Of a DNA stretch of 64,000 nucleotides, positions 49,874 to 60,868 are shown one piece after another. Below the pieces are notes generated by a model that was given only the letters and a program-made list of their open reading frames with translations, was not told the DNA's origin and made no database searches. The stretch lies in contig OZ024742.1 of assembly GCA_964016885.1 (NCBI GenBank), positions 53,630,001 through 53,694,000 on the forward strand. The letters run 5' to 3'. Every line of letters begins with the position of its first letter. Position 1 is the first letter of the stretch. A program made the translations under genes and the position numbers. Origin of the DNA: Eledone cirrhosa. Taxonomy: Eukaryota.

Positions 49874-50889
49874 TACATACATACATTTGTATACATACAT
49901 ATGTATGTATGTATGCATGCGTGTGTATGATTGCTTCTTTTTCTTGTCGTTTCTGTTGTTCTTGTAACTGTTGTAAAAGTTGAAGTTGTCCTTATTTTCA
50001 TTTTCTTTGATTTCTTTCGTTTTTCTTTTATCTCCCTAGGGAATTCGTTGACAAGCTTCTTTAATTTATTTTCTTCGTTTTCTTCATTCAAATGCATTCA
50101 CACTGGCTGTCTCAGAGACGTACAAATATGGCTTATAAAACTTACCTAAGTAAATAGCTTTCCAGTGCCCCCCCCCCCCCCTAGCGCACCCCAAAGCTTC
50201 AAACGCATCCCTAACGCCCACCTTGCCCCAAAACGCCCCTCTGGAGCTCCGAAACGGAGAGGGGGGGGGGCATATGTCACCCCCCACGCTGAGAACCTTT
50301 GTTCTACATTATCAACTAAGCCTTTGCTTCAGTTTTTAAAGCCCAGATGTTTTAAAGATTTCGCTACATAACCCTTTCTGTTTTTATATCAATCAATATC
50401 GGTGGTTATTAGCGAATACAAAGAGCTGAAGTAAATTAATTCAGTTTCTCTATATAATTTTGCTTCCTCATTACTTTTCCATATTTAGTAATAATCTATA
50501 TATTACTAAAAGTCTGTGATTGCTTGCTTGTTTGCTTGTCTGTAATGTAATACAGTCAAAAGGGCGCATAATGCGAAAATACTTTGAAAGGAAGTTGAAT
50601 AGGAATAGAAATGGAATAAAACAAGTTTTGCGTAAATCAAAACACGGGTTCCCGAGATATTGTGTTTTTCCGGGTCCCTTCATAAAGTGAGGGAGAGAAG
50701 GATGGAGAGAAAGAAATAGTGGTTGTGAGAGAGTAGATTAAAAGAGACATAGAGAGAGAGGGAGAGGAGACAGAGAAAGCTGGTGGTGGTGTTGTGTGTA
50801 TATATATATATGAGTGTGCGTGTATATATATATGTGTGTGTATATATGTATATGTATGTCTATGACCAGTGTATATAGATAACAGGCAC

Positions 50890-50960
<71 letters not shown>

Positions 50961-52192
50961 TAAACATATATAAACACAAACATATATATACATACACACA
51001 CGTATATTTATGGGCCTTCCAGTTTCATTTCACATTATATACATGTCTGTGTATCTTTTAATTAATTAAAAATTATTTTTAAGTGAACATGATTTTTAAA
51101 AGATATTTTGAAGTTAACGTGACCCGTTGGGTCACGGGTGGTTTAGTTATTCTTAAATTTCTTCCGCATTTAAAGTAATTTCTGAAGAGATATCATCGTC
51201 TTCTTTTGTGCTAGTACTTTCCTGGGATATATTTTTCATCAATTCGAAATAAATAGGTAACAATTACAACCAGACCCTCGATTGAACTTAGATAGTAAAA
51301 TGACATAGCGAAACGGCACGTTACAATCTGTAAAGGGCAACAAAGTGGTACTTCTATCATTCGGCCATTTAAAGCCCTTGGATTATTTTATATAGATATA
51401 TTTTTAAAAAGTAACAATTAATTAGTATCTGACTTCGCTGTCGTTGGCTTGTGACGGGCCAACCTTGATCAAGCAAATATTTGTGTGCATGTCAAGTACG
51501 ACTATCATGACTTTTTAAATCGATATCAGACCCCATTATCGTACCTTATATAATATGGTAAACTTTGATATATATAGAACGTTCGTTACTATTTCAAACC
51601 ATTTGAGTGATTACATAGACGATACTTCGTTCAAGTGCCCAATCAAGGAAGCTCTTGTAATATCCTCTATCAAAAGATATTGCATTTTTGATTATATCTT
51701 TACACATTACAAAATAATGGAATATTCCCCAAGGAAATCTATTCCCATGTTATTGATTAATTACATATAAACAATTATTCTTGAATTTACAAATTGAAAC
51801 AAGTTTCATTAATACATTGTTTATTTCAATTAATTAATTCTACAATAGTAGAAGTTTTAATTGAACATAAATACGGCGAATGTTTGAATAATTTCTCCAG
51901 GGAAAATGGTGAATTCAAAATTTTGAAAATCAAAGTGGCTGTTATAAATATTGAATTTCAAATCATTTCAGTAGACATATGTATTTTGTTGATATGATAT
52001 TTCTATTTAAAAGCAAAGGAATATATCTCAAGTGTCTGCAACTGATATACAATTAATATTGACATCTATGATGGCGAGTAGTTTCACATTTAATATTCCA
52101 GTGCAATATATAATTTACAAATTTACATTTCGTTGCGAGACTCTGCCGAAAAACAAATCAGAACAGCCTATATGCATGATCGTGATACATGT

Positions 52193-52270
<78 letters not shown>

Positions 52271-52428
52271 ATACTTTGGGAGGGTCATGTTGCCAATAAG
52301 AAACACACGCACCAGTTGCTTTCACTTCAATTTATTATATATTTATAAATTTATAAATTTACAAATTTACAAACTTATAAATTTCTGGTTGGTTGGTTGG
52401 TTCCACAACCAGATAGTTGTTTATGTAT

Positions 52429-52473
52429 AGTCATAGTCCTTTCGTCACACACTCTGTGACCTCTTCAGTGACT
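52429..52473 (-). ncRNA. Minimal type I hammerhead ribozyme in PLE 3' UTR
   Basis: AGUCA-CUGAAGA-G-GUCACA(gagug)UGUGAC-GAAA-GGAC-UA-UGACU: 5-bp stem I, 6-bp stem II and 2-bp stem III. Confidence 0.8.
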
Positions 52474-52744
52474 GGGGATTCCTTTCTTTGTTTCTGTGCC
52501 TTTCCTTTCTTCTATCCTACGCCATTTTGTTTCTGTGTGTGTGTTGTGTGCTCCGTTTGCGCATGCGCCACATCCGGGTGTCTGTGTGTGTTTGTGTTCA
52601 TTTATCTATTTGTTTATTTATTTATTGTTGGTTGGTTGTTTGTTCTATGTGTGTGTGTGTTTTCATTTTGTCCTGTGTGTGTTTTCATTTTGTCCTTAAT
52701 TGTAAGTTGTTTGTTCTATGTGTGTGTGTGTTTTCATTTTGTCC

Positions 52745-55063
52745 TTAATTGTAAGTTGTGATGTTGCTGTTCCACTCATATTTTCTATTTAATTTTGGTT
52801 TTAATTCTTTTATGCTTACTGCCTCTGTAATTTGCCTAAACATTGCGTCTTTTCTGTGTGTGGATTCTATTTTTATTTCTATGCTCTCTAATCTACCCCT
52901 GTGTTCTATCTTAGCATGTTGGTAGAGCACAGATGATTCTTTATTATCTTGGAGGTCTCGCCAGTGTTCATTTATTCGTTCCCCTATACTACGAGCTGTC
53001 TCACCTATGTACACTATATTTTTGTTTCTACATTGTCCTTCAGTACATCTTATGCTATACACTACATTTCTAGTTTTACAGTTAATATGGGGGCTTATTT
53101 TACAGGTTATACATTTCTTATCTATACATGAGGGTCTTTGGAACGGGTATGTCTTGCTAATAAGTGTTTTTACGGAGGTACCAGGTCTTTCTACTATCTT
53201 AATATTGAGATTATGTTTATTTAGGGCCCTTCTAAATTTGTAGGCTAGTTCGCCTCTAGGGGTTGTATTGATGAACATTACACTCTGGTATTTATTGCTA
53301 TCATACCATGAGTTTATTCTATTGGCCTTGTTCCTAGTTCTTTCTATTCTATTCCAAAATTTGCTCCTATACAAGGGGCAGGTCCCATTTATGTCATTAT
53401 TTACCATTTTTTCCCATTTGGTTCTGGCTCCTTTATACACTCTGATTCTATCTCTCTGATTGTAGCCAGAGAACTGCATACGGTGGATGAAGTGTTGTAT
53501 GTGTCTCTCTAGTTCTTCGGGATTGCACATGCGGGACACATTTCTCATCACCCGTACCAAATCCGGAATCAGTATGTTGATTTTGGTATGGTCCGAAATG
53601 GCCGAGTTTCGGTGGATCAGATGTTTGGAAGTCATGGGTTTGGCATGATGGGAATGGAGGATTTGTTTTTGGTTGTTAACGGTATCTAACCAGAGCTCTG
53701 TGTCTAGTACAGGTAATCGATGGTTGGGGTGTCTACTTGGGTAGTCTATAGTAACTCTAATGCTCTGGTGGATGGAGTTTGCTATTTGCTGGATGCTTTC
53801 CATTGTGTTTTTCTCTAGTTCCTGACTGTTCTTTAGTGGGGGTGTCTTAACTACGATGTTTATATCATCTACGTAGCGGGAGTACATTATCAGGGTTAAG
53901 CTGTCTTCTAATTGTTCATTAAGTTTTTGTTTAAGTCTACTGTCCCACCATACCATGAATAAGTTAGCTATGTCGCCTGCAATACTAACACCAATGGCTG
54001 CTCCTTCCTCTTGGGCATATGTTTTACCATTAAATTTGAACATATGTTCCTTAAGGGTTAATTTTATGCTGGCCCCTACCGCATGTGCAATCATTTTCTT
54101 CAGTTCATCGTGGTTTTTGGGTGTCCGTATGGCTCTGATCCACCCGTTCCATCTATCTGTGTGGGTTTTCTTGGCCATTGAGGTAATGGTAGGTGGTCTG
54201 CCTCTTGCTGGTCTTGTAGGGCACAGGTTGCTAAGGTCATAAGTGTCTAGGTAACTATTACTATGGGTAAGCTTAAGTAGAAGTCCCAGCTCACTGGTAT
54301 CAATCCCACGGAACTGAACCTTGTTCTCGCTGATCATTTCTACGCATTTCTCCACAGCAAAATCTACGTCAATAGATGGATACAGGGACACAACATCCAT
54401 ACTGCCTATTATGCAGTTTGTTAGGTCCCCAGATCGGTTACCCGCGCCGATTCTGCTGAGGAGGTCCTCCGTGCTGTCACACACATCTGGAGACATCTCA
54501 ATGATGGGGCGTATGATCAGGGAGAGGAAGTAGGACAGTCTGTAGTTACTAGCAATGTTAGCCCCACAGACTGGCCGTGTTGGTGGTCCCGCGACAGGGT
54601 CCCAGCCCGTTTTATGGTCTTTTCGAAGCCCATACAACGCCGGCACGTCATTGTTCCAGGCCTGGAAGTTGTTGGCAGTCCTTTTGTTGGGCTGCATTAT
54701 ATTCGTCCACATCCCCATATGGGCATTGAGGGCTTTTTCTCTATCCTCATGCTCCTGTGGTGTTACCTCTCTTGTGTTAGTGATGTGGGGTTGCATTGCC
54801 TGGATGTAGTTTGGCAGGCTGTCAACCGACATTCTGCCAGACTTGTCTGTTGGAAAACATGCTATCTCTCCATTACGCGAGCGCTGCATGAGCTTACGCA
54901 AGCCATTTGCAGATTCTTCTCCCAGTTGCTGGGCCTCTATTCTATTATGCTTCTTGCTATACTGTTCTATAATATTTCTAAGTTCGGATTTAGCTATACT
55001 AAATTGTGCTTCTGTTTGTTCATCGACCTGCGACGGCAACTGCGTGCGTTTGTTAAATGGCAA
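52745..55063 (-). CDS. PLE reverse transcriptase plus Cys-rich linker and GIY-YIG endonuclease (open 772 codons, no ATG start)
   Basis: Motifs PTDKSG, LYGLRKDHK..PPTRPV, SMDVVSLYPSI, GAAIG, SRYVDD, CIDKKCITC and [24 protein letters not shown]. Confidence 0.93.
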   Translation of the reverse strand: MPFNKRTQLPSQVDEQTEAQFSIAKSELRNIIEQYSKKHNRIEAQQLGEESANGLRKLMQRSRNGEIACFPTDKSGRMSVDSLPNYIQAMQPHITNTREVTPQEHEDREKALNAHMGMWTNIMQPNKRTANNFQAWNNDVPALYGLRKDHKTGWDPVAGPPTRPVCGANIASNYRLSYFLSLIIRPIIEMSPDVCDSTEDLLSRIGAGNRSGDLTNCIIGSMDVVSLYPSIDVDFAVEKCVEMISENKVQFRGIDTSELGLLLKLTHSNSYLDTYDLSNLCPTRPARGRPPTITSMAKKTHTDRWNGWIRAIRTPKNHDELKKMIAHAVGASIKLTLKEHMFKFNGKTYAQEEGAAIGVSIAGDIANLFMVWWDSRLKQKLNEQLEDSLTLIMYSRYVDDINIVVKTPPLKNSQELEKNTMESIQQIANSIHQSIRVTIDYPSRHPNHRLPVLDTELWLDTVNNQKQILHSHHAKPMTSKHLIHRNSAISDHTKINILIPDLVRVMRNVSRMCNPEELERHIQHFIHRMQFSGYNQRDRIRVYKGARTKWEKMVNNDINGTCPLYRSKFWNRIERTRNKANRINSWYDSNKYQSVMFINTTPRGELAYKFRRALNKHNLNIKIVERPGTSVKTLISKTYPFQRPSCIDKKCITCKISPHINCKTRNVVYSIRCTEGQCRNKNIVYIGETARSIGERINEHWRDLQDNKESSVLYQHAKIEHRGRLESIEIKIESTHRKDAMFRQITEAVSIKELKPKLNRKYEWNSNITTYN

Positions 55064-55112
55064 AGTCGTGGCGTGGACTCGTCGTAGGTCGAATTCAGAA
55101 TTCAGAAACGAA

Positions 55113-55143
<31 letters not shown>

Positions 55144-55456
55144 AAAGAGAAATTACAGGAGGCCAACAATGTTGAATTTCCTTAATTATTTATTTATTTC
55201 TGCAAAAACTATGCACAATTTCAGTGGCCAGGTTGCGTAAGAACCTGGTGACATCCTGAGTTGTAAATTGAGTAATTGACGTATACCAAGGGAATGGTGG
55301 TAAACTTTAAGAAAACAAGCAAAGAAAAAACAGAGAAGAAAAAAGTGTATGTTTTTGACCCGGAGAGGAACGAAGCAGCATGTTTTATCAAGTGTCGCCG
55401 TCTCTGAGTGATTTATCATTAACAGATCCTTCTTTTGAGTAGTATATATATATATA

Positions 55457-55485
55457 CTAGCAGAATGGCCCGGCATTGCTCGGGA
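55457..55485 (-). mobile_element. Helitron-like 3' terminus
   Basis: Minus strand has hairpin CCCGAGCAATGCCGGG, an 8-nt spacer, then CTAG|T. The 5' end was not identified. Confidence 0.5.
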
Positions 55486-55771
55486 TTTGCTCTAGGGGTC
55501 TTATATATTTTATATATATTTATCCGTATCGAGCTTCGTGAAATAAATACGTTTGTTTATATTTTGTTATTGTGTATGCAAAAATATCTCTACACGAATA
55601 TATAATTATGTATACATATATATATATATATATATATATTAAAATTACAGATGAAAGTTTCAGCAAAGAATCGCTGCTTTCACCCTTAACGGGATCTTCT
55701 GAAACTAAAAAAAATCAATCTGTGAACGCAAAAGTAAATATTTCGAAAAACGTTACACACACACACACACA

Positions 55772-55818
<47 letters not shown>

Positions 55819-55826
55819 AATATGTA

Positions 55827-56505
55827 TACGTACATGCATATATGTATACAGACGTACAGTAGTATGTATATATATACATACATGCGCACATGTATATATG
55901 TACGTATGGATTTACCGAACATTTATTATAATGCTTGATTTGTTTGTAAATAAACAGCCCGAATTAAGCCGTACAGTGTTTAGCAACCATCGTTGCCCTT
56001 TTGTCCAACACTGACAAAGGAACGATGTACTAGTTTCTAGCTTATTAGCTATCGTCAGCATCTTATACCTTCCTGCCAGATGATTAAACGCCTGAAAGTA
56101 TATACTTTCCTCATGCATATTAACGGCTGAGCAGCCTAATTTGCATATCGAGTGAGTTAGACGGCCGGGAGCACCGAAAACGATAAATGGAAAAAAGGAA
56201 ACGAAATTTCATTTCTCACTCTTAGTACGGCTGTTACTTAAATATAAGTATGTATACGTACATACATATATGTATACAGACGTACAGTAGTATGTATATA
56301 TATACATACATGCACACATATATATATGTACGTATGGGTTTACCGAACATTTATTATAATGCTCGGTTTGTTTGTAAACAAACAGCCCGTACTACTGTAC
56401 GCCTGTATACATATATGTATGTACGTATACATACTTATATTTAAGTACAGCCGTACAAGAGTGAGAAATGAAATTTCGTTTCATTTTTTCCATTTATCGT
56501 TTTCG
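55827..56505. repeat. Nested direct and inverted duplication
   Basis: ~55827-55961 is repeated directly at ~56255-56389, and ~56175-56292 is inverted at ~56390-56504. Confidence 0.75.
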
Positions 56506-56988
56506 TTTTACAGAGCTTCTCCTTGCACAAAACCTGTACATGATCTACAAAGGCTTTCAAAATTCGATATTGGGGTCTTTGGAGACATTAAAAAAGTTTC
56601 GGTTATTTGTGTGAATTTTCGTGATTAAGTAAGACAAGAGTTATCTTTCTTAATTCGGCTCATTCGGATTTTAATTTACTCTTTCTACTTGAAACAAAGA
56701 GAAATAAAATATCATTTCGTATATTTCACAACCAGCAATTTCTAATAGATTACTAAGTTAAGTTATAGATTTGAATTTAGAATTATTCTATTTTTTCGCA
56801 TTGATTAGACTACGTTTCTGACACATAATTTAATTATTAACTTACATACCCTGTACGTTTCCAACGTTATACCGCTACATGTACTTCAAATACATTTTAC
56901 AATTAATGTTTATTTTTACATTCGATTGTGTTATATCGTGTTTCTTCTATATATATATATATAATATTTTTTTAAGTAAAAAGAAATT

Positions 56989-57108
<120 letters not shown>

Positions 57109-57124
57109 CACACAAGCACACAAA

Positions 57125-57800
57125 TAAACATACATATCTTTACTTTCTTTATTCAATAGAAAATCTGAATTCTGACACCCCAGCGAACTAACCATATTCA
57201 CTGAACCAGAACAATTCCTCCATCCAATTTCTCTTGACCATTATCTTTTACTTGTCATAAAATTCTCTAAAACGGCTACAGAATAGATTTCCAAATAAGG
57301 GTGCGAAAATTTAATGAAAACTTGTTCACGTGACAGCCATAATTTCATTTATAACCAATCAAATTAAGTTTATTAAAAAAAAGCCTTCGTGAGCCCCCTT
57401 TTTTTAAGTAAAAAGAAATTCAAACACTCATATATGAAAACCTGTGACCCCCCCCCTTGTTTGATGAACTTTGTAACGCGAACTGGCGCGAAATTTATTA
57501 TAATTATTGACCAACCAATCAAATTACTTCTCGAAAAACCTGGCATTTCGAGCCACATTTTCCATATAAAACAAGTAACATTCAGAGACCAACCAGATGT
57601 GAGAAAAACCACAGACCCTCCATCTCAACACTACTTTTGAAAAGCAGAAGAACTGCGAAACCGGTAAAGGAACCAAATAAATATATATATTTTTTTAAAA
57701 ATAAGACTCCAGTTGCATTTTCGATTTCATCTTTTTTTCTTTATACTTTCACTCGTGTAGGACACCTCGGTTATTTTTCATTTTGTAAAAAAAACCTCAC

Positions 57801-57808
<8 letters not shown>
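57125..57808 (+). mobile_element. Probable degenerate PLE 3' fragment ending in (TA)n
   Basis: The last 200 bp match 17086-17288. A hammerhead-like topology at 57634-57669 is followed by AATAAA. Coding similarity upstream is weak. Confidence 0.45.
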
Positions 57809-57862
<54 letters not shown>

Positions 57863-57890
57863 ATCCGAAGGCATGGTATACATTTCCAAT

Positions 57891-57977
57891 CATTTTAATC
57901 ACGACACATGTTTCAATAAGAGATAGATCGATCGTGTGGCCATGATCGATTATCACTGATCTCATCAGGTGAAAATG
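57891..57977 (-). ncRNA. Type I hammerhead ribozyme motif
   Basis: CAUUUUCAC-CUGAUGA-stem II (includes AUCGAUC/GAUCGAU)-GAAA-CAUGUG-UC-GUGAuuAAAAUG, with a GUC site. Confidence 0.8.
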
Positions 57978-58710
57978 AATTGTCTTCAAATCCTTGATAT
58001 GAGGGAGAAAATGTAACTACAGTATTGTCCCCCATATGAAGATTAAGCACCCAAAACACGCCGACTACTATCGTCTTCAGTTAGGGTCATAAAACTTAGC
58101 TGTAAAAGACACTGGACGGGTCTAATCTCAACATCAAATCTGTAGAATTACAGTCGATCACATTTAATGTGAGTGAGTACACACACACTCACACACACCG
58201 ACGCAAGGTCAAAGAAAAACAATATATACCAACATAGTATTCACCGAAAGTTAGGTTACAAAACAACAAATGTTATATTGGTCAAATCTCAATTTGACGA
58301 TGTAAATTGGAAAAATTGAGTCAACCGCAACCCTATACACACGCAAGTAACTTCAGTTCAATGTTCTGCTATACGTGTATCGATTGAATTGTAACAGCCG
58401 TATCTTCTAAATAGTGTATGTTATGGTATATACACATCCGTATCGTCTAAAAATTGTATGTTTTGGTATATACACATCCATGTGAAGAGCAAGGAGTCAG
58501 CTCATATCGAACTCTGTATGTGCCGTTGTCCCATTGAGAATCTGAGTCCCCAAATCTGTGCGTGCAAGCAACCGCCATGTAGGCCAGCAAGGAGCTCTGT
58601 GTAGGGTTGGGTATTTGAGTTAAGGTGTCACGATGTGCGTTTTCCCGTCATATGGGTCCTTAGGCTTTTAAGATAGGTGTTTGAGTGGTGGAGGCGTGTT
58701 ACCCAACACA

Positions 58711-58800
58711 AAAATAAAAATAATAATAAAATAAAATAAAATAAAATAAAATAAAATAAAATAAAATAAAATAAAATAAAATAAAATAAAATAAAATAAA
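58711..58800. repeat. (AAAAT)n microsatellite
   Basis: Pentamer run. Confidence 0.9.
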
Positions 58801-60191
58801 AAAGAATAGCAAAACCCCGGGGATGTGTGTAAGCCCATTAATGGTGTGTAAGTATTATTGTCCAATCAGTAACCGTGAGCAATCCATGGTTAGATGATCA
58901 CGGATCAAAACCTAGTGTAGTGTTCAATTGATAGGATCGTCACCAGTCATAACTGTGGGAACTCCATCTCTAAAGAAACCGGGTACTGTGTGTAGAGTTA
59001 TGTATAAAGAGCGTAATCGGTCTTAACTGAGTGTGTAATACGTCTAAATATTTACTAACCGAGAGAACTCAATGGTTAGGGTATTCTAAAGTAATGGTGG
59101 ATGCACGTAATCGGTCTTAACTGAGTGTGCAATCATTCTAACTATTTACTAACTAGGTATTCTAAAGTAGTGGTAAATGTGCACTCAGCTGTGAGAACTC
59201 TGTGGAAACAAACCGAGTACCGTTTGTAAGTGCGCATACGATCTTAGCTGTCTACTACCTGAGTGTGTGATTGTCTGTTTTTTGCTAATTGAGAGAACTC
59301 TATGGCTAAGGTAAAAAGGGAGGAGTTAGTGGTAGGTTACTTTCCAAAAATCCTGCGGAAGGTTTTCGAGGTTCTATGTTGGTAGTTGCTGAAAGAATCC
59401 TCTCTCCTATTGATTAATAGGGGCCGCCTCTAATAATATTAAAGGTTTCAGCTATACATAAATTACAAACGCCCGTGCTGCCGTTATATAGCTGGGCTGA
59501 GCAAATTATGGACCAGAATAAGGAGTGCTCTATATTCTGTTGTTTAAGCTTCCAGACTAATTCAGAAAGCGCCGTGCTATTTTTTTAATCTAATCTATTA
59601 AAGGTATGGCGGTGATTATACCATCTATCCTTAAATTCAGTGGTAGTTGCCCCAACATACCTGAAGGTTCTATCTAAAGTGGAGACCTTACAGTCGTAGA
59701 CTATGTTTTTGGTGAGGCATTTCCCAGCCATGGGGCAAGTGGCGGTGTTCCTGCAATTACATTTTCTGTTATCGACCTGGGTAGTTCCTGAGGAACCACA
59801 GTACCTCTGGTGTCGGGTCTCAGTTCTTGTCTGCTCTATGGGTAAGTTCCCAGGGTTGGGGTGACCCGACTCGCCTCACGCTTATGAGCCCATTCATCCA
59901 TAGAGCTGCCATTAGTTCTGCCTTGTGTCATCCCGCCTTGGGCTGTCCTAAGTCTACTATAATTCATCTTAGCTATATTTTGATTGTTTGATTGAACTAT
60001 TTGGGGCAGTTAGAGGAAGTGATTTTTCGGTTTCCTGCTCTGAGCAAATGGGATCTGAAAGGTTGATGGTTTCATTTAGTAGGTCATCCATTGTAGTTGA
60101 ATTGAGGAGTGATTGGAGCTATTGTTGTTCAGAGTGAGTAATATTTGAAGATACTTGTTGCTGCTGAATTTGTTGTTGTTGATGCAGAATG

Positions 60192-60226
<35 letters not shown>

Positions 60227-60868
60227 CTGTTGTTGTGTTGGTTGGTGCTGTTGTACTCGTTGAACAGTGTTTGAAGAAAACACACATTTTAGTTTATCAG
60301 AATGTCTGTTAATTAATTTAATTGCAACTTCAATTTGTTTTAGTTTGTTTTCACTCTGCTGTTCTGATCGGGTTTCTAAAAGATGAACTGTCGCTTTGGC
60401 AATTTCGTTCAGATATGAAGCACCTATGTTTTCCATTTGGGTAAGGCAATACCATGCGTTTATTAGGTCTATTTCATTCTCAGAACAGTTTTGTTTGGAT
60501 TTTTGTTGAGTAGTCATTCTGGTGTATTATATTTTATTTTATGTGTTGTTTACTCTTTGTGGGTTTGTGAGTTTAAGGGTTCCCTGATTCCTTGAGGATA
60601 TTCAGAGAGAAGTATGTGCAATAGTTTGTACAGGAATGTATGTTTCAATACTAAGAAATTTGTGTGTATATTAGAAATATGTACTTGCAGACACTTGGAT
60701 ATAAATCATGTAGTTACATATAATGTTTTCCAGATCAGGTGAATATGTGTTAGTGCAGAACGTGTGATTTTAGTGAAAGATTTGTAGTTACAGAAAATAA
60801 CAATAGTAAAATAATTTTTTAAAGTATTCTTTTTAAAATACAGATTTGTGGTTATGTATGTATGTATG

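Larger units (their letters stand above)
52263..55112 (-). mobile_element. 5'-truncated Penelope-like element in (TA)n
   Basis: Long open RT-EN ORF and a 3' UTR with a hammerhead motif. The terminus ATGACCCTCCC(A/C)AAGTATAACAA-(TA)n is shared with the 3734 element. Confidence 0.93.
57860..60520 (-). mobile_element. RT-less Penelope-like (Naiad-type) derivative: Gln-rich ORF, GIY-YIG remnant and long 3' UTR with hammerhead
   Basis: About 59400-59765 on the minus strand encodes CNCRNTATCPMAGKCLTKNIVYDC...YVGATTTEFKDRWYNH...LSELVWKLK...WSI...CNLCIAE with a stop. The 3' end abuts (TA)n. The 5' boundary is uncertain. Confidence 0.75.

Noticed and set aside
58990-59310. Spaced ~25-40-bp repeats resembling a CRISPR array
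   Set aside because: These are degenerate tandem duplications in a eukaryotic retroelement UTR; the intervening sequences are themselves similar and there are no cas genes.
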